Source: Intoshia linei
Lineage: Eukaryota; Animalia; Orthonectida
Direction of reading: 5' to 3'
DNA: 64,000 nucleotides
NCBI GenBank assembly: GCA_001642005.1
Contig: LWCA01000006.1
Location: 43,884-107,883, forward strand
The notes beneath the pieces are model-generated. The model was not told where the DNA came from and searched no databases. It saw nothing but the letters and a program-made list of their open reading frames with translations. The number at the start of each line of letters is the position of its first letter. Positions within the stretch are counted from its first letter, which is position 1. The position numbers and the translations under genes are program-made. Shown in pieces: positions 50,801 through 63,100 of the stretch.

Positions 50801-53296
50801 AGATATAGTATGTTTTCAATTTAATAAATTATATTCATGTTATATTTAAAATTAAGGTTTAATATGAAAAAGCTTGATCATGGTGAGAAATTGACCTGAG
50901 GGCCAGTGAAAAAATTAATTGTCACTGAAAATTTTATTTTCAATTGATATACTTTACAAAATTTCCCCTTGCTTTATTATTACTCCTGAGTCAAGAGTCG
51001 ACAATCCTTTTATACAAAACGGTGATTGGAAAATTTTCCGATGTTCAGCGAGACCCACCCATGAAAACATGATTTGCATTTTCTCTACTGATAATGTAGT
51101 CTGAGTTCTGTTTTTGCAGTCACCTCTCAGACAATTGACCACTTTAAAAAAACTTTGTAGTTTATATAATTGTGATAGTTAGAATGAAATGAAACTTGTC
51201 GACTAATGGAATAATATTTTGTCAAATCCTGACGACAAATGAAATCGTAAACAAACATAAACTATAAAAGAGATTTCAAACCCATTTATTTAATGCTGTT
51301 GAATGAAAATATTTTTGTAAATTAATCATTTAAAAATTTAGTTAGATTTATCATAAACTTGTAAAATTTCATTTTTCATTTACTGACATATTTGATTATT
51401 TACCAATGATTATTCGCTTATAATATATAATGTACATCGTATATGCTACATTGTACAGGACGTATATAAATCATTATTATCTAATCTCGTGTTATTTTCC
51501 TATAATATCATTAACCATGATAATTAATTAATTCTGTCATTAATTGAAAACCCTCCCAAAAGTAGTCACTTTGTGACAACCATTGTAGATCTTGATCAAA
51601 TTTTAAAGTTTAGAATTTTAGTAATTATAATTTTTAAAAGAAAATGACGGTCAGATGTAATTTATAAGAAAAATATATACATTTTTCTGTTGACCAGGGA
51701 CCACGTTGAGACTGGCCTTATATATTGATAAAATTTTTAAGAATTGGAAAAATTAGTTATTTAGACTGTTTCTGAATACAGTCTGTATATTTACATCTGC
51801 TAAATATCTACTTTTAAGATTGGACTAATTTTTAAATGGATCTATATCAGTGGCATCGTTAAATTAATGTCCATACTTATGTATTAGATATTTGAATGTA
51901 ATGGTTTAGTTTTCATTGATTATTGATCACTGATTAGCAATTCAATTTTATTTGAATTATGATAAATAACCACCGATTCAACAGTATGGTACATTATGAA
52001 TATATCATTATTAGATGATATACATCAGTGAACCAAACTGCTCGGTGTCTTGAAAAATGAAAAAATAAAACTTTAACAAATCTCCTGACATTTTAAAGTA
52101 AAAAGATATCAACATAATTTTTTTAATTGTACTAATCGAAATTTTTTTAAAATTTGATCAAAAAAATATTGACCCGTCAATTGTATTTCAACTTTGAATA
52201 ATTTTTACTATCCCAGACGCATTAATTATGAGTCATCATTTATTGAAATTCTGAAATAATTAAATGTAACTTGTCCCCTTTTCTATTTTACAAAAGGACG
52301 AATTGGATAATTCTTAATTTTAGACTGATGGATCCATTACGCTTCACAAAAAATTAGAAACACAAGATGTTGCAATTTGCCAATTATCTTGGAGTTTTGA
52401 CTCGGAATTTATTGTTGTATGCGGAACGGAAGAATCTCCAGATGTCTGGGTCTACACTGCAGAGGTTTTAAATTTAATTTTAAAAATAAAAAATTTAGAC
52501 TGGTGATTTGAGGGTAAAATTGTGGAATAATGCCGACGATAGTCTTACCACTGCATGTTTTCTGTCTAATAATAAAGAATTCGTTGTCGGTGGAACGAGG
52601 GGTCAATTCTATAAATGCGTAACGTGTCAATTTAACTCTATATATGCAAAAATTAGAATTTAAATGGAACGATAATTGATCACGTCGACGGTGTTCGGAT
52701 TCATTGCTTGGGTGTGACGAATGATGGTAAATCTGTAATTGCATCCGACACTCACAAGAGAGTAAAACTATACCACTTTGACCCACCTAAGGATGAAATA
52801 TTGTAAGTTGAATTGAAATTTAATTTGATAATTGAAATTAATTAGATTCAGAGAAGACTATGACATTATGTCATTTTGTTTGAGCCGAGATAACAAATTT
52901 ATACTATTAAATGTAAAACAGCAAGGTTTGCACTTGTGGGACATGGAAACAAAGACACTGATTAGAAAGTTTCGAGGTCTCAATCAAACATGCTTTAGAC
53001 TGAATTCGGTATTTGGGGGGAAAAATGACGGATTCATTTGTAGTGGCAGCGAAGGTTTTGGTTAATTATTTAAATTTTTATAATTTGTAGATAACAAAGT
53101 GTATATTTGGAATTTTGAAAAAGAAACACCTATATCAAAATTGGAAGGCCACTCTAGAGCAGTAAATTGGGTTGATTGGAACCCTTTATTACCAAAAATT
53201 ATAGCATCCGCATCCGATGATCGAACTATACGAATATGGGGACCTCAGGGAAGCAAAATTGACGTAGAAATGCAGTCATACACTATGAAGGAGTAA
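47844..53296 (+). CDS. WDR26: WD repeat protein 26 (GID7, CTLH complex); true start slightly upstream
   Basis: LisH ([16 protein letters not shown]), CTLH ([19 protein letters not shown]), [10 protein letters not shown]|[90 protein letters not shown]. Confidence 0.93.
49510..50480 (-). repeat. Family B minisatellite-bearing element in a WDR26 intron
   Basis: Reverse complement of 45440-46160 (cgtctaggctttgagataaattcccg versus gggaatttatcccaaatcttagacg) with more internal units. Confidence 0.75.
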
Positions 53297-53372
53297 CACC
53301 ACCTAAATTCAAACTATCCTCGTATAAATCAACTTTTTCAGTTATATAGTAATATTTAATAGAATAAAAATA

Positions 53373-55484
53373 TCATTCATTTTTTTTGAAACTTTGTGTA
53401 AATATATACAAATTGTGAGGGATCAAAGAAACTTGTTCCAATGTCATGATGTAATTTTGAATGAGATGTGGGTTTAAGATTTTAAATTGAATATTGTCAC
53501 AATTCTCTATTATTTTTAATTTAGTAATTGATTTAATAAAATTTTGAATAGTTTTTTTCGATAAAGCTGAATAGGCTGTATATGTTTCTGTTCCATTTGA
53601 GCAATACTCAATCAGGTATGTTTGGATAGTTTTAATAAACTTAGATTGATTAAATTGGTCCGTTTGATACTTTAAAACTTGAAAATAGAACCAATATGCA
53701 ATGAGATAACTCTGCATCGTGTTTACAACAATATTAAATAAATGCGAGATTTGAAGCTTCCAAGAGTAGTTTTCGCATGAAATATCATTACAATGTATTT
53801 GAAAATGTGTTTTCAATTTTTCAACGTGCATGGGTAAAATAAAAATATCTTCCAAGGAGTCACATTTCTGAACAACTCCTTGTTCTGTCAGGAATTGGAT
53901 GGTTTCTTTGAGATGATCTGGTATTAAAAATTCTAAATGAAACAATTTCTGCATAAGTGCGTAGTACACGTTGAGAGAATTGAAAGAAATGTTCAATGTT
54001 TTGTTTTTGGACAGTCCCTGAAAAATATTCAATACTAGAGATTTATAAGCTATAAAGTAAATTGAACAATTTAAATGATTGATTAGACGTAATATTGCAA
54101 TTGATTTTTTAAATAAATTTGGACTTTTTACAATGGGCGACGCAACAGTTTTATTTTGTTGAACTTGAATGTGAGACCAATTTAACTGCAAGCTTTCGTT
54201 TTCAATAGAAATAATGCCGTCCAAGTACAAAATAGACTGTCTCACAAGTTTGTCGTGTAAGGTGGAAAAGGAACCTCCAAAAGTAATAGCTCCACACGCA
54301 TTTAGAAAACGTATCAATTTCGCAAGTTTTATCATGAAACTTTCGTCATACACAACTCTATCATTACAATTGATGTTTGTTAAAAACAAAAGAGAAACTA
54401 GGGATGTAAAAGGAATAACATGGAATTGTTGTTGGCTATGGCAAACTTTGAAAGCAACAAAATCGAGAAACATTTTTTCAATACCTTCTTGAGGATAATG
54501 GGAATGGTTTCGGTTCCAACTATTTCTCACAGTTGTCAGTCTATTTATTCTTTCGTTGGCCATTTCTCTGACTGATAAAACATTTCCAAAATTAATATAA
54601 ATATTGCCATGATCTCCATTGATGACGGAAAGGGCCTTCATGAAATGAGAAGTTGTTTCTGCTGGCTTGGGTATGCCAAGAAGTTCCTGGACGTGCAAAT
54701 TTTCTTCCAATATAACATCAAAACTAATGGATATCGGTACAAACTTGATATCGTAGACATCTGCTCTAAGAAATGTTTGTAAAATAGACCATAACAAACC
54801 GTTCTTGGGGTAGTAACTTTTACCTGTTCTGGACCTTGTGCCTTCAATGAAAAATTGCAAAGGATGATTTTTTGAACTTGTCAGTAATTGTTGTATGTAG
54901 ACATGCAAAATTGTAGTGTACAAGACGTTATTGCTAGAATTTCTCCTAATATAAAATGCACCACACTTTTTCAATAATTTACCAAAATAAAACATTTTTT
55001 GAAAATCTAAAGTGGCTGCAATTGTCGGTGGATTTATTCCAAATTGAAAAAATACCAATGTTAGTATTATAAAATCCATATAACTTCTGTGTGTCGGCAA
55101 AAATACAACGGGGGACTTTTCTAAAATTAAATTTTTTACATTTTCCAATCCACCATGATTTATGTAAACGTGGCGATACATGTTTGATAAAAATTTTCTC
55201 GATATTGCAGATAACATTACCAATGTATTGTACGATTGCTGGTGATTTATTTCATCTACTATTAATTCAGCTTCCAATTTTAATTCTTTCATTTTATAAT
55301 CATCTCCTTTTGCTAGAGAGTATATCGCATTTTTTAAAACGTCCGTGTTTAGACACTCTTGTTTTAAATTTACACTGTTGGCAATAAAATTTGGGGTAGA
55401 ATTCATAATGTTCCTAAACATTTTATTTTCTTTAAACAAATCCACAAATTTATCGAAAAATACTCTGTCTTTTTCAAACATCAT
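53373..55484 (-). CDS. GNPAT: Dihydroxyacetone-phosphate acyltransferase (single-exon ORF, 703 aa)
   Basis: PVVFLPTHRSYMDF (HxxxxD), GAFYIRR, FFIEGTRSRTGK and VPISISFDVILEENLHVQELLGIPKPAETT fit GNPAT better than mitochondrial GPAM. Confidence 0.9.
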   Translation of the reverse strand: MMFEKDRVFFDKFVDLFKENKMFRNIMNSTPNFIANSVNLKQECLNTDVLKNAIYSLAKGDDYKMKELKLEAELIVDEINHQQSYNTLVMLSAISRKFLSNMYRHVYINHGGLENVKNLILEKSPVVFLPTHRSYMDFIILTLVFFQFGINPPTIAATLDFQKMFYFGKLLKKCGAFYIRRNSSNNVLYTTILHVYIQQLLTSSKNHPLQFFIEGTRSRTGKSYYPKNGLLWSILQTFLRADVYDIKFVPISISFDVILEENLHVQELLGIPKPAETTSHFMKALSVINGDHGNIYINFGNVLSVREMANERINRLTTVRNSWNRNHSHYPQEGIEKMFLDFVAFKVCHSQQQFHVIPFTSLVSLLFLTNINCNDRVVYDESFMIKLAKLIRFLNACGAITFGGSFSTLHDKLVRQSILYLDGIISIENESLQLNWSHIQVQQNKTVASPIVKSPNLFKKSIAILRLINHLNCSIYFIAYKSLVLNIFQGLSKNKTLNISFNSLNVYYALMQKLFHLEFLIPDHLKETIQFLTEQGVVQKCDSLEDIFILPMHVEKLKTHFQIHCNDISCENYSWKLQISHLFNIVVNTMQSYLIAYWFYFQVLKYQTDQFNQSKFIKTIQTYLIEYCSNGTETYTAYSALSKKTIQNFIKSITKLKIIENCDNIQFKILNPHLIQNYIMTLEQVSLIPHNLYIFTQSFKKNE

Positions 55485-56067
55485 TATCTTATTTTGTTGA
55501 TTAATGTCACTTTAGTTATGTATGTTTAATTGACTATGATCAATGTTCAGCTTGGAATCACCAATATTGATATGTTCAATAATATAATCTTATTTTTTTA
55601 AAGTTATTTCCATAGAATTATTTAAAATTAAAGTTTGTCATAAACTTAACCTAAATTTGAATATGTTCAATCTGTCCGACTGTCACTAACACCGTACAAC
55701 ACCAAAAATAAGCAATCATGATAATTGCATCATCTTGTATGTCTAAATTAACTGGTCAAGTCAAGTGAAACATTTATTACGCAACATATGATGGAATTCA
55801 TTATTATTAATGACCATATTACTCAAACTTTCTGTATAATTAGTAATTACAGCCATTATAAGATATTCTTTACCTATATAAAATTGAATGTCTGTGTGTG
55901 TCTGCCAGAATACATACATTCAAAACAACTTTTCGTATCATTGACATTGATTAAAATTATAATTATCGTTCACTTTATATTTACCTATACATTGGTAGTT
56001 TTAATATATTGTTATATATATAATATATATAGTTATCATGTATTTACAAATAATATTCAAATATACA

Positions 56068-56511
56068 TCTTAACTTATATAAAATGCGACGCGATTTTTT
56101 TTTTTGTGTGTTAAAGTTTATTTAAATAACTACCCGTCTTAGAATTTTATAAAGTCCACATTTCAATAACAGTTTTTTCTGGTGGTGTTCGCAAACATAA
56201 TTTCAACTTCCCAAACTAACATTTTACGGGTCAAAAACCCAATTGAAGTTTAAAATGAAAAAATTAATTAAATTTAAATTTAAACCCAAAAAATTAAGAT
56301 GGAATAAGTCACTTTAAAGTAAAAATTAATGTGATATGACCGTTCCACCTGAAACAAATTTGAGAACCACTCCTTTAAAGGATTGATAATAGTTAATAGT
56401 AGGATTTTTATGTTAGATTTTCAACGTGAATTTATTTTTTTGGTATAATAAAAGAGTGCCTTCGGGCAGAGCTAGGTGCTGTTTGTACGTAGTACAAAAC
56501 AGCCAAGCTAG
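56068..56511 (+). mobile_element. Complete short non-autonomous Helitron-like element (family A)
   Basis: Inserted between A and T; starts TC(TTAACTTATATAAAA), ends CTAG; hairpin CTGTTTGTAC-GTA-GTACAAAACAG just upstream of the end; no TIR or TSD. Confidence 0.82.
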
Positions 56512-56532
56512 TATAATATATAATGTATGTAT

Positions 56533-57071
56533 TAGGGGTGTGAATTTTTTCACTTTTTTGCGAAAATACAAAAGTGCCACCCTATACGTGGAAGATGGGG
56601 TTGAATGATACACGATTATCAAAAAATTTTATAAAAAGGATTAAAAAAAACCCTGAGGCAAAGCATATCAAAATATGAATAATTAGCAGAATTTAATTTA
56701 TTTTGAATAGTAAATTTCATAGTAATAATTATTTCCATAACAATTAATTTTCAATTTATATTTTTTTATATTTATTCAGTTTTTTTCATTGGAATCGATT
56801 GATTTATCAATTCGGCGTTCATGATTCACTAGACGATAATTTTGCGCATCTTTATAGCTATTTGTATAAAAAATTTTATATTTAAAATAATATTTTTAAG
56901 ATAATTGTCATAGATTAGTTACTGTGAGCGATATATTGTTCAAAACTTTAGAGGCGATGCCCCAAAGTTTTTTTAACAGTTGAGAGGTAAGATTGGGTGA
57001 AAATTGAATATTTTCAAAATGTTCATATGGTGGAAGGGTGCAGTTTGATATAAAAATCGTTCACACCCCTA
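56533..57071. mobile_element. hAT MITE
   Basis: TIR TAGGGGTGTGAA / TTCACACCCCTA; exact 8-bp TSD GTATGTAT (56525-56532, 57072-57079). Confidence 0.92.
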
Positions 57072-57170
57072 GTATGTATATTCAAATATACATGTCATTA
57101 TAACTGTAACAAAATGAAACTTTTTTGAAAATTTTTTAAAAAAATTCAGTATTGTCTCTCATACATTGTA

Positions 57171-57855
57171 CACTAAGGTGTCACATTTTTTCAAAAAAAT
57201 TCACAAAAATTTGAGTTTTGAGGTGTATAATGTGAGGAGGATATTTGATCAAAAGGACTGGCTGTGAATCCCATAATATACATAGAATATAATGATAAGG
57301 ACTGTACACTAAACATTGCTACTATCAAGCAGTCAATATTTGTGAAGTAAACATCTTATATGGTATTGGAATACACAGCACTACCAAAGCACACTAGGAA
57401 TAGTATTGTTACTAAGTAACGACTCTACAAGGTGGTGCTCAGGGATAATTATATTCTTATGAATAAAATAATAAGTATCCTAAATTTATTCAGAAAATAA
57501 ATGAGAATTCACCATGCAGAAAGCAATCAAACTTTTACGATAATTCTTTTAACGTAACTTTATTCAATTTTTATTTATGATTTATAATTGTTGTGAACTA
57601 TCGAAAAGTCTTATAAATTCAATGCCTCGCAACATTAAATCATTAATCAACGCTACAGGAGGAACCACAAAGTATTAAATCTATACAAATAAAGATAAAT
57701 ATGTATTTAACCCGTAATTAAAAATTTATTTTATTTGGTCTACTCATTAATATATATAACAAATATAATTATTGATTGTTATTTTAGAAAATATTACGAT
57801 AAAATTTTATAATAATCATGACGTTCACCAAAATCAAAAATTTTGCACAGGTGTA
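57171..57855 (+). pseudogene. Tc1-family transposon relic
   Basis: 57601-57678 encodes SKSLINSMPRNIKSLINATGGTTKY*, the typical Tc1 transposase C-terminus; Tc1-like end ttttgcacaggtgTA near 57855; left boundary uncertain. Confidence 0.6.
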
Positions 57856-59355
57856 TAGTAGATTAATGAAACTTTTCAAAAAAATTTTTCACTTGTCCCT
57901 CCAGAAAATCTGAAAATAATTATTTACTATGAAAAATATGTCCATCCTAATTATAATAAGCTTTAATTTTGTTTCTATGGATAATTATGTTGATGATTCC
58001 TTTGATGTGGTCATATGATTTGTGGAATATTTTTTTATTTAAATTCATTTATAACTGTGATTTATTTTGGTTTATAATAATGTTTGAATTCACCATAATA
58101 GTATTGTAAATCTATTTAACATCAGCCCTATAAAATTCAGAAATGATTATATTTTATTATTTTATAAAATTACATTTTTAAAAAATTTAATATGGCTATT
58201 ATTCTAAACAGTTAACCATCCAATATGAATTTAAAAATAAAAATAATATTTAAAAAAATGTGGCTAATATCAAAATAAGTACTATAATATGGTAATATAG
58301 TAAAAAAGGTTGAGAAACACTGCTCTATTGGGAAAAATAAAACAACTATTTTCCAATAATTTCGTCGACGCCTTAAAGATCGGTCTGATTCGGTTGTATT
58401 AATAACATTTAATCAACTAAATATTATTCAATTTCCTATGATATCATAATGATATTTTATTTCCGTAAATTTTGGGCTGATTTAATTTAATTTTTAATAA
58501 ATGTTTCCTTTGAAATCCAAAAAAATAATATTTTGAAATGGTGGTCCGTGCATACGAACATACGTAGCTAGGGGCCACTCGAAAATGAAAAATAGGCCCT
58601 ATACATTTTTTGAAAATTTATTCATAGTGTCATATAGTACCTAATGACCTCTCCAAAAATCTCGACTTGATATATGAAATTTAACTCACAAAACAGAATT
58701 CAAGAATATAATATTTTAATGCTGAAAATTTCAATTTGAAAAAATGAGGTTTAATTTTCAAAAATTTCTTCGAGGCCACAAAGAGGAGTCTCGTGGGACC
58801 ATAGGTTCGGCATTGAGGGTCCGCACACTATATTATAATAATAATTATATGAATCGTCTCACTGATATGGAGGTTGAGAAATAGATAAATTCATACGATA
58901 TATAATGGTCACATTGGAGAGCCACCAATTTGTAAAACTAAACCTTTTAATTTTTTTATTGCGAAACGAATCCATTGTAAAACTTAAACATTCAAAGATA
59001 AATGAAATACAGCATATTGAAAAATCCATTTATATTTAAAATAATTACTAAATTATCCACCTAAATATTGTTATAATAACCTAAATATTAGATTGGAACA
59101 TCATTAGTCTTGTCAAATAAATGAAAAATCCTAAATGCTAAAAAAATTTAAGTATAAATTTGATATATCATATATTATCAACATTACAGTCAGTTTTTGT
59201 GCACTAATTAACAACATTAATATATAAACAGTAAAAACAAATATATGACATAATGAATACAAATGAATATCAAAAGTAGTTCAAATAGCAAGTAGTTTCT
59301 TGTTGGAAATAATAAAAAGTTGCAATTTGCAAATAAATTAAATACAATTAAATAA

Positions 59356-59982
59356 TTATTTAATATCGTAATTAATGTTGTAATGTTTTATATAGAGCTG
59401 AAACATATGTGAGAATAATTGTATAATCAGGATTTTTTCCCATAATCATCATTTCCTCTGGAGTAACTAAGATTGGAGTTTTTTTAAGTTGTCTACACAT
59501 AAATTAAATGTAATAAGATTGGGATTTTAATATTATCAATTGATAATTATCAATAAATATATAAGTATAATAATATGATAAACAATTGTATCATAAATTA
59601 AAATAAATTTTTTTCATTAATTTAATGTCAATCAATAATATTAATAAATTATTTATTAATATAATTTGTGAAAAAATCTACTTTGCAGTATCAAAAGCTA
59701 ACTTAAAATTTTTGAGTGGATCCGAAGAATTTAGTTTGCTGTAATCGAATGGTTTATTGCAAAATCGATGTACTAGGGCACAAAATGCCAGCCCATCAAT
59801 CCAACTTGTAGTAAAATTGTTGATTTGAACATTCTAAGATGCATAAATGTAAAAAGTATATAACGGCAAACATCATAACCCTTGGTAGAATCTTTACACC
59901 ATCGAAGTAACACATATTTTGGATTTTCTTTTGATTCGTTAGTCTAATAATATACATTGACCATAGTGAAATTTAATACCAT
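59356..59982 (-). CDS. Stand-alone calponin-homology domain protein (smoothelin/MICAL-L/EHBP1-type CH), ~120 aa; missed by the ORF track
   Basis: M|TNESKENPKYVLLRWCKDSTKGYD|NVQINNFTTSWIDGLAFCALVHRF..KNFKLAFDTAK|QLKKTPILVTPEEMMIMGKNPDYTIILTYVSALYKHY..*. Confidence 0.85.
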
Positions 59983-60173
59983 ATTTTTTTCATTTTATCA
60001 ATTGTGAACGATTGAAAATTACGCTAATAATGTGTGTTCTATATTGTTTAATCTATTTTCAATAAATTATCGATTTTTCTGTACAATTATTTCAAATGAA
60101 AACTACTAAGTATCATATTTCAAAATGTATTATTTAATTAAAAATTATGAAATACAATGTTAAAATCTAGAAT

Positions 60174-63100
60174 CTAGACATCCAATTTTACCATTACCTT
60201 CAAAATCTAGTTTTAAATGTAAAATATAAAATGTACAATGTAGATACTTTAGATTTAGTTTCATATTCACTTTCGGCACTAGTGGGTATCATTTTATGTG
60301 GCACCATAATATTTAAAGAATAAATGTGGGATAATGTTGTTAATTGTACTTGATTTGTTGATATTGCCAGTTTAACGTTTTTCCCAGATCTTAATTTCGG
60401 CAAGTAGATAAAAATGTTGTACATGTTTTCATTTAATTTTCTTTTTATTATGTAATCTACATTTGTTTCAAATATTGGTACTTCTGGTTCATCAATTTCG
60501 TCAATTAATTTCATTTTTCTTATGAATTGATCGTTTAATTCTCCAACATGTTTTCGGTTCTTTAATTGTTTGCAGATTTTACACAGTATAATTTTATATT
60601 TTTCTTCTATTGATGCTATAATTATTGTCATACAAAATTGCATCAAAATGGTCCTCTCACATAATTCTTTAAATGTGATGTTTGATAATATTATATTGAA
60701 AGAAATGCAATTTTTGTTTTCTAATTAATAAATATTATATACATGTTATTTATTATTATCATTTTTTTTGAAATTGTAAGATAAATATTGAATATAGATT
60801 TTCACCCATATTTCTTTATTGGAAATGTGTAGACGTTCAATGCACACTTTTTTGAAGAAATTGTAGGTTCAAATTATTCCATATTTTTTGTTTTAATAAA
60901 ATATTTCGTAAAAAAAATATATGAATACTAAAATGCTTTTTTGACCGTGAAGTCGTCACTTATTCAGATTTAAATTTATTGTGTGCTAACAGGATACAAC
61001 TGTACCCCCAGTAAATTTTTTTAAATTTAAAAAAATGATAATATTTATGATTTTAAAATCCGTATCAGGGTATATGTTTTTTTAAATTCTCCAACTCGTT
61101 TGATTTTTAAAAAAAAAATCAATTGGGCTTTTTGATCCGTAAGATGTGAGTTTGGGAGGTTGAAATTTATTTTGCTAACACCCCTTAAAAAACTGTAATT
61201 GAAATGTGGACTTTATAAAATTCTAAGACTGGTTGTTATTGAAATAAACTGTAACACACATATAAACAAATATTGCATAGCATATTATATAAGTAAAGAT
61301 AAATTCTAGGATAATTCATAAAATAATAATCTTATCATAAATGGACACCTCAAAAAAGTGTATTTTCACGATCAAAATCCCGGATTATCTTTCGTTAAAA
61401 AATTAAAACAGCCCTAAAATTTGAAAAAAAATTACAGATAATACAATTATATTTTTTGTATTATAATAATTATGTAAATCATTCATTTAAAATTTCAATT
61501 CAAAATTGATTTTTTAAAATACGCAATTATTAAAGTCGTTATAAATCGAGTTAATTGTATATACTTATATTGATTTATAAAATTCATTTTATGAAGGCAG
61601 TTCAAATGTTATTGATTTACCAGTGGATGTCTGTTTTTAAAGAGTACTAAACTCTTGTTTTAAATAATTATTGTGTTTGTATAAATACATCGATAATTTT
61701 AATTAAATGATTGAATTCATCGTTTAATTTGATATTTTAATGCATTTAAAAATTACCATTATCTTTCACAACATTTGGTGGCCCTACAGACATGGGGATT
61801 TTGTAGTTGCAATATTTTATGTTCAACATTAATTCCGCCAATTCTTCGTCAGATTTTATAGGCACGTCCGGTATCTAATTTTAAATTTAGTTTTACTTAT
61901 AGATTATAATCCGAATTATTAGATTTAAATTTTTTATGTGTATTAATTGGGTATAACTGTATGATGATATAGGTCATTTTTTTTAAAATGAGAGAAATTG
62001 TCTTAATTTTATAATTTCTCGGGTTGAACTTTTGTATTTATATGAACTGGAATAAGTTCTATCAGAATAATCTTCTTTTTTTTTAATTTTCTGACCGTTA
62101 ATTATTTCACACTTTTTGTTTTAATAAAATATTTTAAAAAAAAAATATATGAATACTAAAATGCTTTTTTGACCATGAAGTCGTCACTTATTCAGATTGA
62201 CATTTTTTGTGTGTGTTAACATGATACAACTGTACGTATTTTTTAAAATTCTAGGGCTGTTTTCATTAAAAAAAGAAGAGTAATTTGTGGTTTTGGCCGT
62301 GCAGATATAATTTTTTTAAATTTAAATGTATGATAATGTTTATAATTTGAAAATCCATATCAGCGTATATATTTTTTTAAATTCTCCAACTCGTTTGATT
62401 TTCAAAAAGAGGGACAACTGGGATTTTTGACCCGTAAGATGCAATTTTGGGAGATTGAAATTTGTTTTTCGTACACGCCCGGAAAAAACTGTAATTGAAA
62501 TGTAAACTTTATAAAATTCTAAGACGGGTAGTTATTTAAATAAAGCGTAACACACACAAACTAAAATCGTGTAGCGTTATATACATTATATATATGTAAG
62601 TTAGGATTATGAATTTTTCCATTTTTAGGGCCATAACTAATATAAAATAGCTGAAGGGGTCAGGAACAGAAAAAGGTTAAGAACCAGTTCTCAAGAACGA
62701 TCTTCATTTGAGCAATCTCTCAAAAATCCTACAAAATTTTAGTCGGAAAATTATCTATAAAGAATGATAGAAAAAATATTCCCTTAAAACGTTAACAAAA
62801 TTTTATCTTAAAAATTGGGTGAAACAATTTTTATTTTAGAAATTTAAAAAAAGTTGCTCAAAAATCAATATTATGATTAATTAGCAAAATGGATGATTAT
62901 GTCGATGAAATCTTAATCCTTTCAATAAAAAAATAAACAAAATGTTGTAATTCTCATCACACATCGACAATTCAATTTGAATTTATGCCATATATAATTA
63001 TCTAATATTAAAACATGGCTAAAATTACATTAATACATTATAATGTATGTACATTTTTTTTCTAAGGAATGATAAGAATCTTTCCTTTTAAATATATTCT

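Noticed and set aside
12947-53296. APC and WDR26 (both linked to beta-catenin turnover), or ARL6 and SAMD15, as functional gene clusters
   Set aside because: Separated by unrelated housekeeping genes; linkage in an animal genome is not evidence of a shared system.
55788-56114. 108-aa hydrophobic ORF, and similar ORFs at 10986, 29158, 32735, 34093, 37907, 45377, 56413 and 63651
   Set aside because: AT-bias or repeat-derived ORFs, several overlapping family A or B elements.
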